Below are positions 38,286 through 50,664 of a stretch of DNA of 57,408 bases, in pieces (the stretch's first letter is position 1; each line of letters starts with the position of its first letter). Where the stretch lies: positions 1-57,408 of the forward strand of contig JAHBMJ010000089.1 of the NCBI GenBank assembly GCA_018398765.1, written 5' to 3'. The position numbers and the translations under genes were made by a program. The notes under the pieces are model-generated. The model was not told where the DNA came from and ran no database searches. It was given only the letters and a program-made list of their open reading frames with translations. This DNA is from Chromera velia. Its lineage: Eukaryota.

Positions 38286-40868
38286 GTTAGGAGGAGGATT
38301 ACGGTGGCGATGGTGAGCCGAGGAGGGACTGCGTTCTCCCGTGCTGCTTGTTTGTCTGCTGTGGGGGGGTTTGGGGGTGGGGGGGGGAGTCTATCTACCG
38401 GGAATGGGGGGGGGAGAGGTACAATCTCCGGCCCTACGAACACAGCAATCTTTGTTTTCCGCTCGCTTCTGTTGTCGCTTCTCAGTAAGAAGAGAATGAG
38501 TGACAATCAGCTGAGGGCTTTGTCTGTTTGTGAGAATGATCTGTTGTCTATCTGTAGCCTGTTTCCTGTTCGCGGGGTATTAGGGGCGGGGAGGGCGGTT
38601 TTTAATGCTAATGTGGACAGGTTGTGCGAATTGAAAGGGTGGTCCATCAGGAAGATTAAGGACACGAGAAGTAAAACGTTCCGTTTGCCTCTGGCGGACT
38701 TCCCTCCTTTTTCTCGGTTTTATCGGTCAGTAATGAGGGAGTGGTGGAGGGAGGCCAGTATAGGAGGATCTTTGGGGGTGGTGGTTTTGCCAGCCCGTTT
38801 GTGTAATCTACAGCAGGCGCTTGACAATTCCTACTCTGTTTATGGGGGGGAGGATGACGACGTAAATGGGGGGGGAGTGACTGAGGAATCTATAGATACG
38901 ACGTGCACCGATGGTTCTGCGTGCCCATGTCGATCCCTCGGGATTATGTATGGTTTGGACTGCCTTGATGGACTTGTCTGCTCTTTGCTCTCTCTTTCTC
39001 CTCGTCTCCGGTCTACTCTCTCTCTTCCCTCGAATTTTTCCGCTAGTTCTAAGCTGTGGCCCGGGTCTGGGGGGTGAAAAGGGGTGAGGAAGGGTTTATT
39101 GTCTTTTTTATCGTACGTGAATGCACTCAGGGGAGGTTTTGTGGGTCAAGGATGTAGGAGGCGTGTGTCCGTATCTACTGCTGCATGGACAGATCTACAA
39201 TGTCGTTGGCTCTCTATGTTAGAGGTATATCGTTTAGGCCCCAAGTTGCCTGAGAAGCGGTCTGCGGTTGTGAAGGCGATGAAGGCTGCGCTTGTCATTA
39301 TACCCGTAGATAGAGCTAAGGGCGACTTAGCCTTCCTCTGCCGTCGGATGTATATTGCGTGTATGCGTAGGGCCTTCCTTGCAGATGCCGCATATGTTCG
39401 ACTTACTCCAATACAAATCGCTGATCGTGAGTCTCTGTTGTTTGATTCATCTTTGTGGTCTGTCCCAATAAAGACATTCATGGCTCAGTTTGCGATTCCT
39501 AGCAGAACACGACACGAGTTTGGGATGGGGATTTTATGGCCAAAGAGGAAGTCTTAGGGGTTCGATGGTTTGGTTGTGGGCGGGTGGGATGCATTGAAAT
39601 TCAGGCAGTTGGTTTCATATGCAAAGCACTGTTGGAAGGGGGTCTTTTCTTTTTTCTGCAAGGTTCTTAACGGACTCTTGAAATTTTTTGTACCACATTG
39701 TGATTTGAATTCTGTTTTCCAGTTTTAAGACATGTTGGGTGACTTCAACGTTGCGTTCGGACAGGTTGTAGACAGGGCGTCGTCTATGCGTGCCTTACCG
39801 AGCTGGCCGATAGGTTCGGTTGCAATTGCGGTGGATGATATTAAGGCGTACTTTCCATCTTTACCCCGAGCTGACTTTTTGTCTTCTCTCGATGCTTTGG
39901 TTTGTTTTCTTTCTTCTTCTTCCAGGTATCGTTTTGCTGTGCTGAGAAAGGGGGGGTCTGTTTTCATGAAGAGTGCGGGCCCTGCTGTCGGAGAGGCATG
40001 GCTTACAAGGTGTGTGAAGAAGAAACAAGAGGTTTTCCTCTCCATACACGCAAACCATGCACATGCTACCTATGTTCCGTTGAGTTTGTTGTGTGATTTA
40101 ATTAGAGTTGACTTTAATTCAAATACTATCCGGGTGTTGGGGGAGAGGGTTGCTCAGGTGGAGGGATTCCCACAAAGGAATCTGTGTTCACCTGGGGGCG
40201 CGCGTTTTTATGCTGCATGGAAGGAATATCAGAAAGCACTTCTCCTAAATGTCACTTCATGGCAGTCCTCTAAGTGGTTCATGAGGCGATACATGGACGA
40301 TTGGACGTTGATGGCTCGTTCTGTTGCTCCCAGGTTTCTTCAAAACGATCCTTTTATGCTTTCACTACAGTGCTATGATTTCTACCATGGTACATATGTT
40401 TTGGAGAGACAGTGTGGGAAGGAGGTTTTAGATCTCTCTCTCTTCACTCTCGAAAGTGCCCCAGAAGTTGTTCTATTCTCTCCAAAGAATCCGAATAGAT
40501 CTGTTTTCTCCCCTTTCATTGATGGGTCTTTGGAAACTCCACATGGAAGTGACTTGTCTTTATATTCTTCTGTTCATTTGCGTCCCCGTTTTATTCATGG
40601 GAATGCATGTATGGTCAGCCCCTCTGCGCGTTCAGGTCTGATATACGGTCACATTACAAGAATGTTTTTATCCGCAAATCTATCCACCTGTTTGATGGTA
40701 AGGGAGTTGTCATTAATGTTTGTTGAATTGCTGTCCTTGCGATGGCCTTTTAATTTTCTCAAGGAACAATATTTGCGTGTTTTGGTCCGTACGGCCAGTA
40801 CGGATCTGATTGAAGGATGGTTGAATGAGATTGCATTTCTGGAGCGCTTTAGGCCACCGATGTATTGA
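38286..40868 (+). pseudogene. Penelope-like reverse transcriptase with three in-frame stops
   Basis: CPC linker, VIIPVDRA (DKG-like), FRQLVS, DIKAYFPSL (motif A), QVEGFPQRNLCSP (motif B), RYMDD (motif C), thumb-like SARSGLIYGHITR. Stops TGA 39075, TAG 39555, TAA 39726; no frameshift. No C-terminal GIY-YIG. Confidence 0.88.
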
Positions 40869-43800
40869 ATATGTTTACATGTGTATCTTCCTTATTTCGA
40901 TTCTTTTTGTCCTATTGATCTTCGATCGAACGTCTCTTTTACGTAGCACACAGAGCCAGAAGCGATAGAAAAAAGACAGTGGCGAGACCGAAGGGGGGGG
41001 TCGCGCATGATGTTATGTATTGGAATTGCGGTTGCTCGTCTGGCATATCAGGATTGGGAGTATGCGCATTGGTACTGCGGCTTGTGCCAGGACGATTTTA
41101 AATTGTGCGCGCGACCGATCATTCACGGGGTAGTGTTTGAGCCATGCCGAGATTTATTGATTTTTCGCGCCGTACGTGTATTTGGCATCGAATTGGCATA
41201 CATCCGTCTATCTATACATGCGTACTAAGATACAGGCATGTGAGATTTCGAGTAGAAGGACTGTTCTTCCACTGAACACAGTGCTGCCGCCTCCTAGCAT
41301 AGTGCGGAGACGGTTAGGACATACGTTACAGCTGTCTGAAGTAACGCGATTTCTAAGGTAACACTAAATGAAATGCCAAGAACAAACCTTGTATAACCCC
41401 GTGAGAAGAACAACTGCGCGCAAACTCATGTAAAACTATACAGCGCAACCTTAGCCAAGCCGAAACTGTTAAGCCATGTCCCGCCTCATTGCACATGTAG
41501 ACTACCAGCATCTCCCTTGGTATCTTCCTTGGGATTGTAACACTTCTGAGCAGCAGTTTGTACCTAAACTACTGCATGCCCCTTTCTTGCTCTTCGGAGC
41601 CTCTTCCCCAATTATACAAGTGCTACTAGGGGTACTAGTATGGGTAGCCGTTCATTTTACTTTGTTTTTTCTTACTCTCTCGGTTCTTTCTAGCCTTGTT
41701 GCTTCCCATCTGCTGCGAGTGAGCTAGCAAATGAGATGAGTGAATAAATGAGTGAGGTCAGTGAATTATGAGTGACTAAGTGAATGGTGAATAACAGTCT
41801 GAACATGATCGAAGTTCAACGACTCTGAAGACTTCAATTAACTTTGAAAGTCTAGGATCACTTCAATTTTTGTCTGACAATTTCATCACACCTAAGTTAC
41901 TCTAACTATTTCATCACACCTATTGTGACACAATTATTTGTATCACTAGTACTAGTGTATAAGGTATTGTGTCACAATTTGAATTGTGTTATACTATAGT
42001 TTCAGTGTAGTTCTTTCAAACCGATATATGAAAATTGATGTCAATTTTTGAAAGTGTACCAAAAATTCACATCGATATCAATTTTTAATATACTTTTCGG
42101 GTAGTACACTTTTATAGAGTAAGTTATAAGCCTTTTTTTATTTAGTGCATAGTACACACTGCATACCAGCTCTAAATTATTAACCTAGAACTTTGAACAT
42201 CTGCTAATTCCGGTTTGGAATCGGCAGGACTGAGCTAGAGAACCTTAAAAACGTGATAGAAAGCACTTGAGGTTCGTAGAAGGAGTTCTGAAGGCTTTGG
42301 ATTCTAGTAGACGGATGTGTATGTTCAGACTACTTCGATCCTGGCTGCGCAACATTTCGACTCAGAGATGAATCTTAAGATGTCTTCGCGTGTGCATGCA
42401 TGCAAATTCGATCAACCGGTGATGTGTAGCGTGCGTGTCTCAGGGCCCCGCAAATTTAGGCATATTTGGTCCGGGAAAGCAGAATGTCTTTATCGCTTTT
42501 ATAGAATGACTTTGTGGGGCCAGGCACATTTCTGCCTTTTGGGATATCCTTTTGCTGAATCTTTAATGGCTCATATCTCCTGAACAGTAGCGATGCAAAG
42601 GGTGATTTAATAACATATTTAGCCATCTCCATCATCTCCACAACTTTCGAATCGGGTCACAACTGCCTTCTAGGACCGCCTCTCAAAAAGCCCCGGCTCT
42701 TTCTATTCTTTCTTTTCTATAGTCTATTCTTTCTTTTCTCTCCCTCTGTCTAGCTGCCGGGGTCCTTGGGCCATGCGTCCCCAATCCCGGCCTCATGGCA
42801 TGGGATGGCCGGCCCTCGGCCCGAAGCGCGCGGGTACTACGACTCTGCACATCATTGTTACATCAATGCTCTTGTCAATACTAATAATGCTAATAATGCT
42901 ACGGCATCTAGTACAGCATTGCTACTGAGTTATATTGAGTTATATAGGCCCAGGCTTATCCGGACTTCAACCTGGGTTTCAGCCCGGACCCGGCTATATA
43001 AAAGGCTATAAAAGGCATTCAAGTTATTTAACATTAGCATTAATTAGCTTTGATAGCTATATAGTGATAAAATAGTATCACTTCTAGTATTACTTTTTAG
43101 TATTTTTCAGTTATCTATTTATTATTAATCAATGATTATAGTGAAATTATGGTATGGTAAGCTATAGGCTCTCTCCTGCCTATTCAACTCATCATATAGT
43201 ATTTGACCACACTTCATCTACTTATACTTACTCCCTGCCTCCAGGAGAGTGTTGGTTTATTGATTCGTCCTCTTACCATCAATCTCGTCCCTTATCTTTC
43301 TCTTCTACAGTAGTGTTGCACTCAAGGTTGCTTTTCTAGTCGGTAACAGGTCTAGTCTACTGGCAATTGCAAGTAACCGGTAATGGTCTCAGTCTGCCTT
43401 CCTTTTACCGACAAAAAAAATAATAAAAATTAGGATCCCCCAAAAAAAATTTCGCCTGCGGCGCCAACCTTCAAAAACAGGTTTTTAAGTATTTATTTTC
43501 ATTTGAAAAGCCAATTCACACACAAAAAAAAATAAAGAAAATATTAAAAAAATATAAATTTTTAACTGCTTCACCCCTATAAGTGGCAAAAAGTTTTAAC
43601 AGCTCTATGACAGCGTCTGTCCAACAACTACTCTCTTTTTTGACTTTGCTTCATCTCTCACTGTTCTGCTTCTCTGTATATCAGGCCTTGACCGTCGTTA
43701 GAGAGCGATTAAAATAAAAGACGGAAAAAGTCTACTTCTTTCTGAAAAATGAGGAGATGGTAAGCCTGCGGCTCTGTACTTATGCAGCCCCTGCCTAGTT

Positions 43801-43940
43801 TGCTGAGGATGGAGGAGTAAGAAGAACATTGCCTCCTCGAGCTCCCCCCGTGGTGCGGCGGCGGTTGTTAGTTTGGACCCATGCATAAGATATGCACAAG
43901 AGGCCCCAGTCTGGCCTAAAGCGTGGCGCGGCGCGGCGGC

Positions 43941-44268
43941 AGTATCCCAATCTTCAACTTAGATTTTAATGAAATTAGAGCTTCTTCATTCACTTAAATT
44001 AACGTTTTAAATTCACTAAAATTCATGTAAATTCACTTAAATTCACTGCTTAAATTCACTTAAATTCATTTGTCTTAAATTTGACTGAGAATCGACTCTT
44101 AATTCATCAAAATTCATTTGCAAATTCACCCAAATTCACGTAAATTCACTTAAATTCACTGCTTAAATTCACTTAAATTCATCTAAATTCACTTAAATTC
44201 ATTTATAAATTAGGTATAGTTTAGGGTATAGTGATGATAGTGAAATCTAGAGTGAAATTCGGGATGCT
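43941..44268. mobile_element. MITE-like element filled with AAATTCAC(T/G)T repeats
   Basis: Imperfect ~28-bp terminal IR (AGTATCCCAATCTTCAACTTAGATTT / AGCATCCCGAATTTCACTCTAGATTT). The same repeat block recurs at ~49090-49175. No TSD found. Confidence 0.45.
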
Positions 44269-44706
44269 TGCTTGCAATGCCATGCATAGGCTTGTTAGAA
44301 TAGGTCAAATACAAAGCCATCCCTTGAGTGATACTGTAACATTGACGTGTTCAGAAGAGTAAACTAAGTTGTTAGGATGGGTGTGCACATCTAGGTATAC
44401 ATACAGTACAGCAATGAGAACACGAGCTAGTAGGAGACTACGGGAGACCGACGTGGCGTGACGCTGCTCGCAGACACCCAAGACTTAATGTATAGGCTTT
44501 TGGGCGGCACGCAGATGCAAGAGCAAGGGGGCACATTGCAGAGTGAATGTCTGATATATATTTAATATATAGGCATGCCGGAGATCTGCATGCATCAATG
44601 TACATGCGCAACATACATATAGAATTAATTCCATCAGTGAGTAGTGCAAGTCGCCGTGGGACGATTATTCGCCGCGGGTTGAATAATCCTGCAGGTTCAT
44701 CTATGC

Positions 44707-47099
44707 TATGCTGTCTAAACCTGCCTGGGGCGCCTGGGGCATCCCAGGCACGCCGTAGGCGGCCTGCCAGGGCCGTCTGGGGCGACCTTAGGTGGTTTTA
44801 CCTAAGTTTATATAGAGCTGCCTGGGGTGAAGCCCCAGGCAGTTATTGAGATTTGCCTGGGGCGAAGGTCGGTGCCTTATCATGAACTACGGTACACGTG
44901 CCCGACCGGGTTCGCGTGAGGGACGCACCGACGCGACCTTGCGATCTATATGTGCATGCCACGCATTAAAGGTCCGACCGGATTATGCAGACCGGCAGCA
45001 ATTTTTTGTTCGGCAGTTGCGATCAGCGATAGATACCAGTAGATACACATTAAGTTGACGGTTGCTTTCAACTTTCGTCTCTTCTCACTCAGAGTCTTAT
45101 CACTCGAGATGCACATCATTGCACATCATTGTACATCTATTGATTAACTCACTGATTGATTCCGCACTTGGCCTTCCCGCTTACTGACTGCACTGATTGA
45201 TAATTTTGCACTCGGCCTTCCCGCTTGCTGACTGCACTGATTAATAATTCCGCACTCGGCCTTCCCGCTTGCTGTCTGCCCAGCTAACTGCAATGCAGCA
45301 GAGTAGGTTGCAAGCCTTCGGATTTACAGGCAACCCTCCTGCAAAGAGATAGAAAACAGAGGGGGGGGAGACACCAATTCTGGGAAAGGAGAATGCAAGT
45401 TCTTATTATGATCAGGATACCGACATTATCGATGTGGAGTCCGAAACCCCCGAACAGAAACAGAAGCAGTCCTCCGCACCTTCCAGGAAGAAAGCAAAGG
45501 AAGTTAACAACAGCGCACCGAATGACTGGGCTGTGTTGAGACCGACAAAGGATGGGCACGGCAACGGTACCCACTGCACACTCTGTGAACAGTTTCAGTG
45601 TGCAGGAAAATTATTAGAAGACAAGAAAATGGGGGTATGGTTGAATGAGGAAGGGGCAAAGAATTGGGGGAAGGAGAATTTGAAGGAGCACCGACAATCA
45701 AAATTACACCAGGCTGCAGTCGCAGCAGACAAAGCAAAGAAAGGGGGGTCAGCGGCAGCAGATGCTTTAAATCTGTTCACAGACTGTGTAAGCGGTGAGA
45801 TGGTTGAACTGGTTCGCCTGCTTGAAGCGGTGTGGAGACTGTCATCAGATGGGAAGATTGGTAGAGAGATCCCCCCTGCCATTCATTTTGTAGAAGGGAT
45901 GGGAGCAAAGCCCCTGCCGGGCAAGTATGTGAATAAAGACGAGATGGGCAGGAAGATGGTGAAATGTCTTTCCAACGCTTTGTTTGAGTACAGGGCAGAG
46001 AAAGTAAGAAAGAGCCCTGTCTTTGATGTTGGTATTGATGAGGGGACTGATCGGACGAAAGAGCTCCATTTGTCTAGCGTGGTTCGGTTTATTGATAGGA
46101 GACGGCTAGTGACCATTAAGTGGGAGCTCGCAGGGGTGAACGAGAAAAATGCCTCCACAATAAACTGTTCCCTGTGGGCTTCTTTGGCACGGGGAGGGGT
46201 AGACAAAAAGAAGTGTGGGGCGTTTGGATCTGATGGTGCCGCTGTAATGAGGGGCAGGTTGAACGGAGTTAACAAAAAGTTTGAGCAGACGGCAGGCAAA
46301 GTAGTCAGCAGTCATTATGCCCCACACTGCTGCACTCTGTCCGTCTTTTCAGCAGGAGAAGACAACGAAAATGCTAAGGAGGTGGATACCACCATCAGAG
46401 CCCTTCATATCCTCGCAAAATCTTCAGACGACAACATTTGCATGTATCTTAAGGTGCGTTGGTCAGGTGTTCTACTGAATTTTCCCCTTGCTTGTCGCTG
46501 CTTTTATCTTTCTCTGTATCTGCTGAAGCCTCAAAATAGCCCTCAATGCTGCTTCATCCACTATATGCCTTCGTATATCATTTTTTTTCATGTGCTCTCC
46601 TCGCCCCCTCTGTCTGAAATTTCTTTGTTTGCAGGTGGAAGTGACAGACCTGGAGGGGGAGAGACAGTCTCAGCTTCGCTTTAACCGGTGCCTTCCACTG
46701 CAACTGTTCAACATTCGCTGGCTTTCGAGGGCTGAGGCGGTCGAAAGGGTCCAAGTCAACTACGCACAATGCATCAAGTTTTTTTGTTCATTTTGGAGTG
46801 TGCGACAGAAACAGAGACGCCATGCGCAACGAAACGGAGACGGAGAGCCAGAAGAGACGGAGAGGAAACACTAGGTGGGGAGCATACGTGTATGCATGTG
46901 TCTCTGTGTGTCTGCATGCACGTGCGTGTGTGGACAGACTGTGAGCAACTTCATGGTATAGGCAGTGTTAGTCTCTGTAAGTCAAGACACAAACACTTCT
47001 TTTGACGTCCTTTCTCGTCTCGAATATTTCAACTCTATGTATAAGTATGAGTGTGTGTATATATGTGTGTGTGTGTATGTGTGTATGTGTATGTGTGTA

Positions 47100-47194
<95 letters not shown>

Positions 47195-48931
47195 GTGCAG
47201 TGACTTGCATGTCAGACTCTTCAGAGGATGGACACAGGGGTATTTTACTTTGTGGATGTGCAACAAGAGCCTGCAGAAAGTCTCCCTGTCCTTTTCTGAC
47301 CTTCTGTCTCTGTTGTTAGACATACTTTTGCGTATTTAGGCCTTTCAGGATGATTGGCACTGCGGCAAAGCTACCGGCAAGTGCCTGCAGGCGATTGATG
47401 ACGCGGGGGGGGGATAGGAAGGGTCAGATCCCGACTCGTCGAGTGCTGATGTGCAAGGGATTCCGAACCCGATGTTTCATCGGAAGAGGGAGATGACCCC
47501 AATGATTCGGACTGGGAGGAGCCCAGGGAGGGGAGGAGCAGAGAACGGAAAGAGGAGTAGAGAAAAGAGTAGTCCGAAGCTCAACGGAGGGAGGGACAAA
47601 GAGGAATGATCATTTTCACCATCCCCCATACAGACGTTCGGCTCTCAATCACAGAGAGCGAAAAACAGCAAGTCCTTGAGAGCAGACAGATTTGTGATGC
47701 GGACCTAAGAGTGTTTGCGAGATCGTTTCCCTCCCGACTCTGTCTGCAACACTGCTACGATTTTCTATCCTCGGTCACTTCAGGAAAAGCAGGTGCAAAG
47801 GATGGGACAAAGACAATGGATGAAGAGTGGAAGAGAGGATATTGTGGTAACCGTTCTATGGGAAGAAACGGGTTGGGCAAAACTTCCTGACTTCTCTGAG
47901 AGAACGACCGTACCGAGCATTCTAAGAGACTGGACGGTTCTCAAGAAGCACTTGTAAGACTTTAGCCTTCTTGCCAGCAAAGGTGAGCCCAGGGGCAAGG
48001 CACAAGGGTTTTTTTTTCGCTTCCCTGTTTTTTTCTCATCAATTGTTTTTTTCTCTTCTTCATCAACTGTTTCTTTCTCCGTCTTTCTTATCTTTCTTTT
48101 TGTTTGTTTTTCACTCTTTCTGTTGACTTTTTATCGATTTATGGTTCTTTGCAGATGAGACGTCGCTTGTCAACTACTGGCAGAGGATCCTCGAAGAGTT
48201 GGATGAGCGCGACAAGACGGGGGACGTTAAGGGCATCATTCTCCTCATCGATTGCGTGCGTATTTCGTTCCCTCAGAATGCTGATGCTGATGCTGATGGC
48301 ATGTCCTTTTCAGCAAATGCAGCAAAAGAAGAATCTGAGAGGGAAGAGGTAGAAGAACGGAGAGAGGTGTTTCACATGGAAGACATAACATAAGAACACG
48401 CTGTAACTGAAGAGAACTGCCACAGAACATTCAGACAGGCAATCGATGCCTGTGTCCCTCACCACTATGATGAGGCAGAAGAGTTTGAGCTTGTCTGGGA
48501 GGTGCCAATCTAAATAAACAAAAGGTGACACATGTAACTTTGTATTGTTTATAAACTTATCGCAGAGTGGAAATTTACTCTGGAAAATTATTCAAAAAAT
48601 TTGATTTAATTCTTTTCTATAAAATAATATCTAGAATTATATAAAAATTTTGATTTATTGATTCAATTTGAAGCATTGTAAATGAATCTTTAAAGTTGCG
48701 TTCAGATACTAAATCCTAGCTAGAATAAAGGCATTTTAAAACTTTTTTCAACCTAATTTTTCAACGTTTTTCATACTATAGAGAGAATGCAGAAAGACCC
48801 CCTGACTGCCTGGGGTACCGCAGGTGGTCCGTAAAGACCGCCTGAGGAAGGTCATACATAAGACCCCAGGCGGTCCGTCAGGGCCATCTGGGGTCAGCGC
48901 AGGAAGTCATTCTGAAGGTTTAGACAGCATG
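44707..48931 (+). mobile_element. Full-length degenerate hAT transposon (ZNF862-like transposase)
   Basis: TIRs TATGCTGTCTAAACCT / CATGCTGTCTAAACCT (reverse complement). TSD ATCTATGC (44699-44706) versus ATCCATGC (48932-48939). CCTGGGG/CCCCAGG subterminal repeats at both ends. Confidence 0.92.
45293..48393 (+). pseudogene. Intron-containing hAT transposase pseudogene
   Basis: ATG 45293 and in-frame TAG 45350. TTF-like zinc finger CTLC...EHRQSKLH, IDEGTD, SDGAAVMRG..GV, HYAPH (CxxH with Cys to Tyr), IRWLSR after the intron at ~46453-46634. 3' exons are degenerate and the end is approximate. Confidence 0.85.
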
Positions 48932-49487
48932 ATCCATGCATATGCGCATTTCAAGCGATTCATTTTCTATGCGATTAAGTTTTCACAGAATTCATTTGAT
49001 TCATCTGTTCTGTGTGATTGACTGAAGACTGACACTTCTTCTGATCATGATCTCTGCCCATTGCTGAGCTACTTAGTTTATTCTATCGATTTGCAAATTC
49101 ACTTAAATTCACGTAAATTCACTGCTTAAATTCACTTAAATTCATCTAAATTCACTTAAATTCATTAATAAATTTACTGATTTTTGCAGAGTAGGATTAT
49201 CAATCTAGTAATCAATAAATTTGCTCAGTTTAAAACAGTAAAAACAAAAATTTTACTTTATTATGCAGTTTTTCCTAATTTTGCCTTAATTTGCGTGCAT
49301 TTTCTACTACTAGTAGTAGTAGCACATTTTATTTATGCTGGAATTCGCACCGTAGCACCTCACTGGCAGTTACTGAAGTTGCCTAGCAGTGGAAAACAGA
49401 CAGCCGGAACGCTGTGTTCAGTCTCTAGCATGCAGACAAAAACATATAGCATTGGACCTTGCGCAAAACGCGCTAGAAAACGCGGCT

Positions 49488-50624
49488 CAGAATTGTTAAG
49501 TCCCGACAAACCTAAGTATTGAAATCCGATACTGACCCCCCAATCCAAAATTTTTCGGTACTTTTTCGGAACTTTCGGTACCGGCTTTTTTACATATTTT
49601 AAACAGGTTTTTAGAACTCTTTACAGACTGTTTATACGCCGTTAGGACACTGGAATGCTCAAAGATGACTAGCATGAACTTTTAATGTCTAATTTGAAGC
49701 GCAAAGGGGCGGCGCGCGCCTGCATGGGCCGCGGTGTGCGGGCCCTGGGCCGCGCATTGTGTGTGTCTTGCATATTCTCACATGGATGCAGAACTGCCAT
49801 CTGAGGCATCACCGTCTCCTTACATAAATTTTTGGGCTGCACACGTGCACCGCCACAAAAAAAATAAAAGTACTGGTCTGAGTCTCTTTTCATGTTGTTT
49901 CTATCCTTCAATTGATTTCTCTCCTCCAACAGTGATCAACACTGGTCAGAGAGATTTGTGTGCAAGTCCCGACTTTCACTTAAATTCCGTTTGGAAAAGT
50001 CTGAAAGCTACCTCTTTGTTTGGACTTTCTTTTTTCTTCTTCTTCTTTTGTTGTGCAAGAGGTGGATATCAGTCTCCACCGCCAGGCAGCGGAGGTGCAG
50101 CAATGCCGCCGTCGCCTATTTATCGGTATTTTAAGCGCTTTTCGCCATCTGAGGCGAAATGTCTCCTGTACAGTGGCTGTGTTATCCTTGTGTTGGGAGA
50201 GACTGGCTCAACTTCTCTAATATGGCATCATTTGGAAAGAATTCACTTTATTGAATTCAGTAAATTGAAGAGAGAGCTTGACGCTGCTACCACTCCAAAA
50301 GGTCCTTCCGATTCCTTTTTTTCCACTCCAGAACAGGTTGCGATGATGGAGTTCATTCAGCGAATCATGCCGCCTGCAATGATGCAGAAGCAGACGTGTG
50401 CACAGCTGCCGTCTGCTTCCTGTTCGTTGAGAACGTCTATACTTCAAGATGTTTATCATAAACTTCTTTACGACCTACCGGCTGCCTTGCTAACAGACGA
50501 TGGCAGGCTCTGCCCTCAAAACTGTGACGGTGAAGGTGAACCAGGCCTTCCTCAAGAAGATGGCAGGACACGATGTCTGCATCACAACCGATGAAGGAAC
50601 TCTGTGTATATGTGTATGTATGTA

Positions 50625-50664
<40 letters not shown>

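Larger units (their letters stand above)
35894..41367 (+). mobile_element. Penelope-like retroelement (Naiad/Chlamys-like) between 363-bp direct repeats
   Basis: Direct repeats at 35894-36256 and 41005-41367, 348/363 identical by manual alignment. The internal RT has PLE-type motifs. Confidence 0.85.

Noticed and set aside
38010..39077. In-frame TGA codons as selenocysteine, as reported for some Naiad elements
   Set aside because: TAG and TAA stops occur in the same frame, and I could not identify a SECIS; point mutation is simpler.
35900..41363. Gypsy/Copia LTR retrotransposon with TG...CA LTRs
   Set aside because: No protease, RNase H or integrase motifs and no short TSD; the RT motifs are Penelope-like.
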